From NCBI GenBank assembly GCA_963675755.2, contig CAXXMD010000003.1, positions 1,728,001 through 1,792,000 of the forward strand: a DNA stretch of 64,000 nucleotides. The letters are read 5' to 3'. The DNA comes from a bacterium. Its GTDB lineage: Bacteria > Zhuqueibacterota > Zhuqueibacteria > Residuimicrobiales > Krinioviventaceae. The notes under the pieces were generated by a model. It was not told the DNA's origin. It made no database searches and saw only the letters and a list, made by a program, of their open reading frames with translations. A program made the translations under genes and the position numbers. Below are positions 8,912-18,298 of the stretch, piece after piece (positions within the stretch are counted from its first letter, which is position 1; each line of letters begins with the position of its first letter).

Positions 8912-11293
8912 AATCGTTCTTAAATTTCAGACATCGTTTTAAAAAGAAAAAAAATGCAGATAAATCATCAGTCTCGCATTCTGATCAGTCCTTTAAAAAG
9001 GTTTACAAAAGATATATTCCGGACATTGCGGTTTTACTGGGTTGTGCGGTATTGCTGACTTTCTTTTTTCCAAGAGGGAAATCTTTTCAATTCTCTAATT
9101 TAAAGGAAGGAAGTGTTTATGTTGGCGCCGAGATTATTGCACCGTTTACTTTTCCTGTTAACAAAAATCCTGAAGAATATGAAAATGATGTCAAGCATGC
9201 ACGCGAGAGTGTAGCCCCGGTTTTTCAACGTAATGACAGTATTGAAGAAGAGCAGAAACAAAAGTTGAAAACTTTTTGTCAATCACTTGTCTGAATTGTT
9301 AAAATTTAATGAAGTTAAAGATCAGGATTTCAGGCTGCTTTTCAGAGACGAAGGCATTATTGTTTCAGATGATGATATTGTATCATTATTAACCGGGTTC
9401 AGTGACAAATCGGGACTTGATACTGATAATTTACCTGAACGTTTTGTGAGCAAACGTGTTGAAGTTTTCAAATCTTTGTCCGGAACGATCACCTCTTCGA
9501 TTGACGAGTTTTACTCTACGGGCATTCTGGATAAAAATAAAAACGAAATGTCGCCCAGTCAAGCCAAGATAACAGTAAGACAGAGCGATCAGTCTGCAGA
9601 GACCGCAATGAATTTGGGTTCAAGCGAACCCTTTGTTGAAGAAGACATAAATTATTATTTTGATAAAAATGAAGCTTATAACACTCTGCTTGAGAAGCTC
9701 CGTACCAATACTTCATTGGATGAAAGCCAGGTAAAAATCGCTTATCAGATATCGGCACATTTTCTGGTCCCGAATGTATTGCATGACGAGCAGGAAACCG
9801 AGTCAATGATTGAGGTTGCTGTAGCCAATGTGCCTCTGGCAAAAGATCAGGTACTTGCCGGTGAGAGAATTATTGACAGTCACGAACGTATAACCAAGCA
9901 GCACATTGAAAAGTTGACTTCTTTGGCGCAGGCAAAAGCAGAACTGGGTGAAACATCAGGTATCTGGTCTCGAATTTCTCCCAATATTGGCAAATTTTTC
10001 ATCATCCTGTTTACACTGAGTATACTGGTAATGTTGATCTGGCGTGATCATCGTTTTATCATTATGGATCGCCGCAAGTCATTGCTGGTGTTGATTGTGA
10101 TTTTGTTTTTGGCTTTATTAACTTTTTTGATTAACAGTTTTTCATTGTCACCCTATTTAATCCCCATACCCATTGCGGCTATTATTGTAACTATCTTTTT
10201 TAACACTCAATTGGGTTTTCTGGTTTCTATTACAATCAGTTTGCTGGTAGGGGCCATGCGTGGTGACGAGTTTGTAATTACCTTTATATCTATTTTTGTT
10301 TGTTCTATTGCAGTTCTTGCCGTCAGTAAAGTCCGTACACGTAACTGGGTGCTTCGTGCGTTTGGCTATATTGCAGGTTCATATATTGTATCTATTCTCA
10401 TGTATGACCTTGTAAATTATATACCTGTCTCTATCATTATGCAGGATATTGGTTTTGGTGTGATGAATGCGTTTCTGTCACCAATATTTGCTTATGGATT
10501 GATTATTGTTTTCGAGTTTGCATTTGATATAACAACAGACATGACATTATTAGAGCTATCTGATTTGAATCAGCCGTTATTAAGACAGTTGGCCATTCAG
10601 GCACCGGGAACCTATCATCACAGTATATTGGTTGGTACGCTTGCAGAAGCGGCTACGGAATCAATTGGTGGCAATGCATTGCTTGCGCGTGTAGGTGCCT
10701 ATTATCATGATATCGGCAAGATGGAAAAACCGGAATACTTTGTTGAAAATCAAACTCGTGGTCGAAATCCACAGGAAAAACTGGCACCATCAATGAGTTC
10801 GCTTATTCTTTCCAACCACGTAAAACGTGGTGGCGAGATTGCCAGACAATACAACCTTCCTAAAGAAGTAGAAGCTTTTATTCATGAGCATCATGGCACT
10901 TCGTTGATGAGTTATTTTTATCAAAAAGCGCTTGAGCAGAATACAGAAGAGAATGTGGCAAAAGAAGATTTTCGCTATCCTGGACCAAGACCCAAATCAC
11001 GCGAAACGGCTATTATGATGTGCGCGGATGTTGTAGAAGCCGCTTCACGTACACTCAAAGATCCTACTCCCAGCCGAATCAAAGGTCTGGTTGAGCAGAT
11101 TATTGATGAAAAATTTAAAAGTGGAGAATTGGACGAGTCTCCCTTGACATTGAAGGACCTTTCAAAAATATCAGAAGCGTTTCAGAAAATTTTAATTGGT
11201 ATACATCACGCGCGTGTAGAGTACCCGTCTGATAAGAAAGAAAATACAGAAAAGAAAGCAGAGGCAGCAAATAAACAAGATCGAGATAAATAA
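8908..11293 (+). CDS. pgpH: 7TM-HD phosphohydrolase (PgpH-like c-di-AMP phosphodiesterase), split by a +1 frameshift at ~9273-9277
   Basis: The first ORF has the TM helix and 'IIAPFTFPV' of the extracellular domain. The second has 7TM plus APGTYHHS, YYHDIGK, EHHGT, YPGP.P, MCAD. Removing one T from the T5 run fuses them (KTFVNHLSELL). Confidence 0.85.
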
Positions 11294-11705
11294 CAATTAT
11301 AACCAGGATAACCTGGAATTCCCGCTTGTAAAAGAGGTAATGGATGCACTGTTTGAAATGCATGATAAAAGCGGCAAAGCATGGCAGGTATCCATTGTGC
11401 TGGTAACAGATGAATATCTGGCAACCATGCATGAGCAATATCTTGAAGACGCAACACCAACAGATGTTATTACCTTCAACCTCAGCGAGTCATTTGAAGA
11501 CTATAACGAGGGAGAGATATATATCAGCGTGGATCGTGCTAAAGATCAAGCAGAGAATTATAATGTTTCATCAGAAAGTGAACTGTACCGGTTGATGATA
11601 CATGGCATGCTGCATTTGACGGGCTTGGATGACCAGACAGAAACAGAAAAAGCAAATATGCGCAGTAAAGAAGATGAAATTTTACAAAAATTTAATTTAC
11701 TTTAA
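11271..11705 (+). CDS. ybeY: rRNA maturation endoribonuclease YbeY (first ATG at 11340; possible ATA start at 11271)
   Basis: PTDVITF, GEIYIS, HGMLHLTGLDD; canonical position after phoH-pgpH. Confidence 0.93.
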   Translation: MNKIEINNNYNQDNLEFPLVKEVMDALFEMHDKSGKAWQVSIVLVTDEYLATMHEQYLEDATPTDVITFNLSESFEDYNEGEIYISVDRAKDQAENYNVSSESELYRLMIHGMLHLTGLDDQTETEKANMRSKEDEILQKFNLL

Positions 11706-11762
11706 AGTTTTTTTGATATAAATTATATAAAAGAGTGGTTAATTTAGGAGAAATTATACATT

Positions 11763-13073
11763 TTGGAAGACCCACTACCTTATTATTCGATAGCGTTTCT
11801 AGTTTTATTGTTGTTATCGGCTTTTTTTTCCGGGGCGGAAACTGCTTTTTTTTCTATTAATTCTATTACCAGTAAACAGTTGCAGGATGAAAAAAAGAGC
11901 AGTGCAAAACGGGTCCTGTTTTTACTATCCCAGTCACGTCGTCTTTTAATTTCTATATTGATTGGTAATACACTGGTGAATGTGTCTGCTGCTTCATTGT
12001 CAGCGATGCTGACTACACGTCTTAGCATAGAAGCAGGTTTAGACCCCAGGATTGTTCTTGTTTTAAATGTTGTTGTGGTCACGTTTTTGATTCTGGTGTT
12101 TAGCGAGATTACTCCTAAAATTATAGCTGTAAAAAATGCCAAGACCTTTGCCCAAAATGTGTCGTTGGTTATTTTATCTATTTATTATTTGTTTTGGCCG
12201 TTTTCCTGGATTCTTGAAAAAGTAATCAATTGGTTGACGGATGTGTTCAAGATTAAAGAATCCAAAGAAGAACGTTTTTTTCATTCCGACGAGTTTCAAG
12301 CCCTTTTAGATCTGGGTGAAGAACAGGGAGAGTTGGAAGAAGAAGAAAAGGAAATGATCCACTCGATTTTCGAGTTTGGAGATACCATAGTCCGCGAAAT
12401 TATGGTGCCCCGAACAGATGTGGTGTGCGTGCAGGAAGACGCATCCATAAGTGATTTAATACGGGTCATAAAGGAAAAAGGGCACACTCGTATTCCGGTT
12501 TATGAGGAAACTATAGACAAGATCATTGGTATAATAAACGCAAAAGATCTGTTGTCATTTATTTCAAGTGGAGACAGTGGCGCGGATATAAAATCATTGG
12601 CTCGCGGAGCGTTGTTTGTACCCGAAAGTAAAAAGATAGATGATCTGTTGCGATTGTTTCAAAAAGAACGTCAGCATATGGCCATTGTGGTAGATGAGTA
12701 TGGCGGAACAGCAGGTATTGTCACCCTTGAAGATGTAATAGAAGAAATTGTGGGTGATATTCGTGATGAATATGATAAAGAACAAGCCCTGTATAAAAAA
12801 ACAGATGAAAACAATTATCTGGTAAATGCCAAGATCGACATAGAGTCTTTGAATGATTTGATTGCAATTGAAATTCCAGTCAAAGATGATTATGATACCC
12901 TGGGAGGTTTTATTTTAGAGCAAACCGGCTCTGTGCCAGAACCAAATCAGGTAGTGCAATATAATCAATATAAATTGATGGTTAACAAGGTCGAGAATAA
13001 CCGGATCATTCTGGTTAAAATTTCATATCATCCACATGATGAGGATGAAGCAACTTTGGGCGAAAATTTGTAA
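11763..13073 (+). CDS. CNNM/hemolysin-family protein with CBS pair and CorC domain (GldE/CorB-like)
   Basis: SAFFSGAETA, LIGNTLVN, FSEITPK, VREIMVPR, HTRIPVY, VVDEYGG, TLEDVIEEIVGDI.DEYD, TLGGFI. Confidence 0.93.
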   Translation: MEDPLPYYSIAFLVLLLLSAFFSGAETAFFSINSITSKQLQDEKKSSAKRVLFLLSQSRRLLISILIGNTLVNVSAASLSAMLTTRLSIEAGLDPRIVLVLNVVVVTFLILVFSEITPKIIAVKNAKTFAQNVSLVILSIYYLFWPFSWILEKVINWLTDVFKIKESKEERFFHSDEFQALLDLGEEQGELEEEEKEMIHSIFEFGDTIVREIMVPRTDVVCVQEDASISDLIRVIKEKGHTRIPVYEETIDKIIGIINAKDLLSFISSGDSGADIKSLARGALFVPESKKIDDLLRLFQKERQHMAIVVDEYGGTAGIVTLEDVIEEIVGDIRDEYDKEQALYKKTDENNYLVNAKIDIESLNDLIAIEIPVKDDYDTLGGFILEQTGSVPEPNQVVQYNQYKLMVNKVENNRIILVKISYHPHDEDEATLGENL

Positions 13074-13119
13074 TATTGAGATATTTTTTGTATTATTTGT
13101 GCAAACATGGAGAATAAAA

Positions 13120-14271
13120 ATGTTAAAAATGAAGTTTGATTTTCGTGATTTGTTTGCTGCACCACGCATGGCTTTCAGCATTCAACGTATCTGGATACAG
13201 TTTGTCGGTATGCTTGTGGGATATGCAAGTTATTTGGTGTTTACATATCTCAGTTATATTGTCAGTGGATATGCTTTTGATGCTGTGTGGCAAAAATTCG
13301 GACTGTTGCCGTGTCTTTATGCATCAACCGAAACCTATCCCTGGTATGCGTGGGTGCTGTTTGCGTTAGGTTCTTTGGGTTTCTTTTTAGCATATCTTGT
13401 GGCAAATACGGCAGTTGCACGAGCTGTGTATATGGTGGGCAAGGGTAACAGCTTTTATACCTGGAAAGAAGCTTATTCATTTGCATTGCATAAATTCTGG
13501 TCTGTATTTTTAACACCGGTTTCTCTGGTTGTACTCATTTTATTGTTGGTATTGGGCGGATCGATTGTTGGATTGCTTGGAAACGTAATACCCTTTATTG
13601 GCCCGTTGGGTGTCAGCTTTTTTACTATTTTATGGTTTATTGCTTCGCTGTTGATTTTCTTTTTTATAATCATAGTTCTGGTTTCACTTTTATTGGTACC
13701 GTCTATAATTGCTACTACAGATGAAGATGCTTTTGAAGCCGTCTTTCAGGCGTTTTCTATTACCTGGGCACAGCCCTGGAGACTGATCATGTATCAGGTT
13801 ATGGCATTTGTATTGTCCATTGTCTCCTTTGGTTTATTTGCCTTTGCTGTTAAAAAATCTATTGTGATTATGAATGGAATTTTTATTGGCTCTATGGGTT
13901 CAGAATTTATCAATTTTAGTAATAACGGCCTTGCAATGGTACAATCCTGGACCATCATGTTCCAGAGCCTTGTTGTATCCATTTTTCAGGGTGCAGCGCC
14001 GGAAGTATTCTTTCGTAAAGTATATACTTTTATTCCGACTTCTGAATTGGACATGTCTGTGCTGATTTCATCTTATTTTTACGCAATCAGTCTTTTGATG
14101 ATTGGCGGATGGGTTATCTCTTATGGTATTTCCACATTTACATCCAGCAACACCATTGCTTATATGGTACTGCGATACAACAAAGACCAGGAAAACCTGC
14201 TAGAGCGCAAAGATGCAGAAGAGGAAGAAGATCAGGTAGAGGAAATAATAGATCAGGATTCCGCAGAATAG
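13120..14271 (+). CDS. Polytopic membrane protein of unknown function
   Basis: GGAG RBS before ATG 13120; about 6-7 hydrophobic helices; acidic C-terminal tail. Confidence 0.8.
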   Translation: MLKMKFDFRDLFAAPRMAFSIQRIWIQFVGMLVGYASYLVFTYLSYIVSGYAFDAVWQKFGLLPCLYASTETYPWYAWVLFALGSLGFFLAYLVANTAVARAVYMVGKGNSFYTWKEAYSFALHKFWSVFLTPVSLVVLILLLVLGGSIVGLLGNVIPFIGPLGVSFFTILWFIASLLIFFFIIIVLVSLLLVPSIIATTDEDAFEAVFQAFSITWAQPWRLIMYQVMAFVLSIVSFGLFAFAVKKSIVIMNGIFIGSMGSEFINFSNNGLAMVQSWTIMFQSLVVSIFQGAAPEVFFRKVYTFIPTSELDMSVLISSYFYAISLLMIGGWVISYGISTFTSSNTIAYMVLRYNKDQENLLERKDAEEEEDQVEEIIDQDSAE

Positions 14272-14326
14272 ACAGTTTATGAGTAATATATGTTAATGTA
14301 TACTAGAGAAAAATATTGAGGGGAAT

Positions 14327-15613
14327 ATGTCAGAGCTGTTTGTCAAGATTGATAATGTTGAAAAAGGACCGTATTCGACATCAGAATTGAGAAACCTTGC
14401 CAAAAAGGGCGAGTTTCAACAAAATGATTTGATATTCCATGAAGATACACAGGAATGGGTTAAAGCCGGTGAACTGGAAGATTTTTCCTCACTGTTTGAA
14501 CAAAAATCAGCGGTACCCAAAGAAAAAATAGTTTTTGCCGTTGGCGGAGGCAAGGGCGGTGTTGGTAAAACCAGTTTGACGTCATCGCTGGGAATAGGAT
14601 TAGCAGCACTTGGTAACCAGGTTATTGTTGTAGATGCAGATCTGGGTGGCGCCAACCTTCACACCTGTATGGGTATTCTGGACCCTGAATACACGTTTTA
14701 TCATTTTTATACCATGCAGCGAGAGAGCCTTGAAGATATTTTATTAGATACACCAATTGAAAATTTAAAACTTATTAGCGGTGCATGCGGAACATTGGGT
14801 CTTGCGAATCCCCAGTATTCTCAAAAGCAGCGATTTATTTCTCATTTACACAATCTCAATGCAGATTTTATTCTGCTGGATCTTGGTGCTGGTTCATCTT
14901 ATAATGTGATTGATTTCTTTATAGCGGCAGATCAGGGTATTTTGGTGACAACTCCGGATCCTATCGCCATTCAGGATACGTTCAATTTCCTCAAAGTTTC
15001 TTTTATGCGCATGTTGATGCGTGAATTCAAGAACAATACGCGTGTATTAGATATTATCGAGAGTCAGATTGGTACGAATCAGAGCCGCATGTCAAATACC
15101 ATGTACGATATTATTGAACAAGTGAAAACCATTGATCCGGCCGCTTCGAAACAAATTCAAGAAAAGCTGAGTTCTTTTCGACCAAAACTTATATTAAACA
15201 TGGTCCACTCTGCAGATGAGATTAAAGAAGGTGATACCTTGAAAACAGCGGCAAGTGAGCTGTTGGGAATAACAATAGATTATATTGGTTATGTAGATTT
15301 TGATGAACAGGTCAGAAAATCTCTCAAAGAGCTTCGGCCCTTTATTCTAGATAATCCAAAATCAAAAGCATCCAAAAGTCTGGCCCGGTTGATCTCGGTT
15401 GGTCTTTTGGGTAAAGAAGGATGGCAGGGATATAGACAAAAAACCAGAGTCATTCGGAATGTAAAACAAGATTCCAAAGACTATCCCAAAGCCAATCTCA
15501 AAGAAGGCGATACAATTTGCTCTGTTAATTGCATCTATTGGGGAGATTGCGAATATCAGGATGGAGGACATCCCTGCAGCGTACGACATTTGGATCCAAT
15601 TTTTAAAAAGTAA
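14327..15613 (+). CDS. GYF_2 (DUF4339) domain fused to a FlhG/MinD/ParA-like ATPase with a C-terminal Cys cluster
   Basis: N-terminal 'GPYS..EL......G......W..AG'; deviant Walker A GGGKGGVGKT; VDADLGGANLH; DLGAG; ends CSVNCIYWGDC...PC. Confidence 0.88.
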   Translation: MSELFVKIDNVEKGPYSTSELRNLAKKGEFQQNDLIFHEDTQEWVKAGELEDFSSLFEQKSAVPKEKIVFAVGGGKGGVGKTSLTSSLGIGLAALGNQVIVVDADLGGANLHTCMGILDPEYTFYHFYTMQRESLEDILLDTPIENLKLISGACGTLGLANPQYSQKQRFISHLHNLNADFILLDLGAGSSYNVIDFFIAADQGILVTTPDPIAIQDTFNFLKVSFMRMLMREFKNNTRVLDIIESQIGTNQSRMSNTMYDIIEQVKTIDPAASKQIQEKLSSFRPKLILNMVHSADEIKEGDTLKTAASELLGITIDYIGYVDFDEQVRKSLKELRPFILDNPKSKASKSLARLISVGLLGKEGWQGYRQKTRVIRNVKQDSKDYPKANLKEGDTICSVNCIYWGDCEYQDGGHPCSVRHLDPIFKK

Positions 15614-15641
15614 AGGGGGGCAAAAAAGCCCCTTTTTTTTT
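15612..15641 (+). terminator. Intrinsic terminator
   Basis: GGGGC-AAAAAA-GCCCC followed by T9. Confidence 0.7.
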
Positions 15642-15716
15642 GCCTGCTATTAAACCGTTTTCATATTAACGTTTAAATGATTAAATTGTACAGATTTTTA
15701 CAAAAGATATTTAGGT

Positions 15717-17069
15717 ATGCCAAGTCAATTTGAAAAGAAAAAAATATCTCCGGCAAAATCTCTGACCCTTGGTTTTTTATCTCTGATTATATTGGGTACG
15801 GTTTTACTGTTACTGCCGGCCAGCTCAAAGCAGAGTGTATCAATAATTGATGCCATGTTTACAGCTACGTCTGCTACCTGTGTTACCGGCCTGGTTGTAT
15901 ATGATACCGGAAGCCATTGGACAGGGTTTGGACAATCAGTGATTTTGCTTTTGATACAGGTTGGTGGATTAGGTATAATGACCTTTTCTACCCTGGGTGC
16001 GTATATTGTTTCCGGTAAAATTAATCTGCGAAGCAGATACTTGTTTGAAGACAGTATAGCGGGCGGCCATACACAAAATGTTGGCAAGCTCATCTTGTCC
16101 ATTATTTTTAGTACATTGATTATTGAAGCGGTGGGTGCAGTCATTCTTGCGTGGCGTTTTTCTATAAATAAGCCATTGTTGGAATCTGTTTATTTGGGTG
16201 TTTTTCACTCAATTTCAGCATTCTGTAATGCCGGCTTTGCACTTTTCAGCACCAGTTTGTCTGGTTTTCACTCTGATTATTTGCTCAATATAACAGTCAT
16301 TTTATTGATTATTTCGGGTGGTATAGGATTTTGGGTGATTTTTGATATTTTAAAATTGTTGCGCAAAAAGAGCCGCAGATTGGGGCTTCATTCAAGAATT
16401 GTGTTGATTACTTCAGCTTTTTTGATTTTATTTGGTTTTCTGTTGTTTTTATTTTTTGAATGGAACAATGTTTTAAACGGACGACCCTTTGTTCAAAAAT
16501 TGGTAGATGCCTTGTTTCAGTCGGTTACAACACGTACTGCCGGTTTTAATACTTTACCCATTGAGGCAATGACCAGCAGTACTTTGTTGTTGTTTATCAT
16601 GTTGATGCTTGTTGGAGCGTCTCCGGGTTCATGTGGCGGTGGTGTGAAAACCACAACCTTTGCGGTTGTCAGCGCGATGATTTTTTCACGGTTTCGTAAT
16701 GAACCTCAGGTACGTCTGTTGAACAGAGGTGTGTCTGAGCGGGTTGTATCTAAAGCCATAGCAATTGTGTTTTTTGCCATGGTAATTGTGATTGTTGCAA
16801 TTACAGTGCTGCTTGTTACCGAACACCCAGGTGGCCCGCATATGATGGGCAGGACCTTGTTTTTGGAAGTAGTGTTTGAAGTTTTTTCTGCCTTTGGAAC
16901 CGTGGGTTTGAGTATGGGATTAACACCAGTCTTGTCTTTTACCGGTAAAATTGTTATTATTTTATTAATGTTTATTGGTCGTGTTGGTCCATTAACTATT
17001 GCGCTTGCAATTGTTCAAAGGAAAAATGCTCGTTTTAAATATGCCGAAGAAGAATTGTGGGTAGGATAA
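15717..17069 (+). CDS. ktrB: Ktr/Trk potassium uptake membrane subunit
   Basis: FTATSATCVTGL, SAFCNAGF, TRTAGFN, SAFGTVGLS, MFIGRVGPL. Confidence 0.93.
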   Translation: MPSQFEKKKISPAKSLTLGFLSLIILGTVLLLLPASSKQSVSIIDAMFTATSATCVTGLVVYDTGSHWTGFGQSVILLLIQVGGLGIMTFSTLGAYIVSGKINLRSRYLFEDSIAGGHTQNVGKLILSIIFSTLIIEAVGAVILAWRFSINKPLLESVYLGVFHSISAFCNAGFALFSTSLSGFHSDYLLNITVILLIISGGIGFWVIFDILKLLRKKSRRLGLHSRIVLITSAFLILFGFLLFLFFEWNNVLNGRPFVQKLVDALFQSVTTRTAGFNTLPIEAMTSSTLLLFIMLMLVGASPGSCGGGVKTTTFAVVSAMIFSRFRNEPQVRLLNRGVSERVVSKAIAIVFFAMVIVIVAITVLLVTEHPGGPHMMGRTLFLEVVFEVFSAFGTVGLSMGLTPVLSFTGKIVIILLMFIGRVGPLTIALAIVQRKNARFKYAEEELWVG

Positions 17070-17084
17070 TCATCAGGATTAATT

Positions 17085-17741
17085 ATGAGAACGTTTGCAA
17101 TTATCGGATTAAGCAGCTTTGGGACATACCTTGCTAAATATCTCTCTAATGAGGGACATCAGGTTATGGCCATTGACAAAGATGAAGAAAAAATAGAGCG
17201 TATAAAACAATTTGTTGATCGCGCTGTTATTGCTGATGCCAGTGATAAAGATACCTTGTCTGGTTTGGGTTTGGCTGAAATGGACGTTGTGGTAGTGAGT
17301 TTGGGTGATCAGGTTGATGCCAGTATTTTGGTGACCTTGTACTTGCGGGAGCTGCGGGTGAAAAATATCGTAGCCAAGGCGATAACTGAAGATCATGGCA
17401 AGATATTGGATATTATTGGTGCCACTCAGGTGGTTTTCCCGGAACGGGATGAGGCATACAGACTTGCACAAACCCTTGAAAGTGACTATCTGATAGATAG
17501 TTTTACTATTGGAGAAGGGATCAGCATTATAGAATTTGCACCTCCCAAAGCGTTTTTAGCTAAAAGTCTGGGTGAACTGGATTTGCGAAACAAGTATGGT
17601 GTTCTGGTGTTGGTTGTAAAAGAACTGGTTCCTGAAAAACTGGTCATGATACCCACGGCTGATCATATTATCAAAGACAGTGACATTTTAATGCTGCTTG
17701 GTAAAAATGAAGATCTTGCAAAGATTAAAAAAATGAAATGA
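17085..17741 (+). CDS. ktrA: Ktr/Trk RCK regulatory subunit
   Basis: IIGLSSFG Rossmann motif, V.FPE, C-terminal RCK_C (SL.ELDLRNKYGV). Confidence 0.92.
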   Translation: MRTFAIIGLSSFGTYLAKYLSNEGHQVMAIDKDEEKIERIKQFVDRAVIADASDKDTLSGLGLAEMDVVVVSLGDQVDASILVTLYLRELRVKNIVAKAITEDHGKILDIIGATQVVFPERDEAYRLAQTLESDYLIDSFTIGEGISIIEFAPPKAFLAKSLGELDLRNKYGVLVLVVKELVPEKLVMIPTADHIIKDSDILMLLGKNEDLAKIKKMK

Positions 17742-17821
17742 TATAAATAAATCTGATTTGCCAATTGTTGTGAATATATGATTTTCGGGCAATGCAATAA
17801 TATGCATCAAGGAGAAATGTT

Positions 17822-18268
17822 ATGCCCATACATATCGTTAAAGTCATTAGAGAATTTACCGATTCGGTCTCGTACTGGAGAGAAAAGCGGCCTGCTCAGT
17901 TTTGTTCAGAGGTGTCGCAAGCGTCTCCACGCTGGGAGCCCAATACGGATATTGTCGAGTTTGATGATTTTGTGATCATAAAAATTGAACTCGCTGGTGT
18001 AGACAGAGATGATATTTCTGTCAAAGTTAAAGATGGAATGATACGGATCTGCGGGGTCCGTCGAGAAAAAATGCTGGAAAACAGGCTGTCTTATCATCAG
18101 CTTGAAATTAAATATGGCAATTTTCAAAAAAACATCCATATACCACAATTTATGGAACATAATCAGATCGATGCCAATTTAATTGATGGAATATTGGAAA
18201 TTGTAATTTCCAAAGACAGTCAGGTTATTGAAGTGCCTATAAATAATAAAAGTGAAAATGAAGAATAA
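17822..18268 (+). CDS. Hsp20/alpha-crystallin small heat-shock protein
   Basis: W.P.TDI.E, ELAGV, EI.YG.F, A....GIL.I...K. Confidence 0.9.
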   Translation: MPIHIVKVIREFTDSVSYWREKRPAQFCSEVSQASPRWEPNTDIVEFDDFVIIKIELAGVDRDDISVKVKDGMIRICGVRREKMLENRLSYHQLEIKYGNFQKNIHIPQFMEHNQIDANLIDGILEIVISKDSQVIEVPINNKSENEE

Positions 18269-18298
18269 TTTAATCGAAATGTAGATTCAGGAGTTATC

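Noticed and set aside
15640-15716. c-di-AMP (ydaO) riboswitch upstream of ktrB
   Set aside because: The interval is too short and lacks the conserved motifs.
17742-17821. CIRCE or sigma32-type heat-shock element upstream of hsp20-lon
   Set aside because: No TTAGCACTC-N9-GAGTGCTAA and no convincingly spaced promoter is visible.
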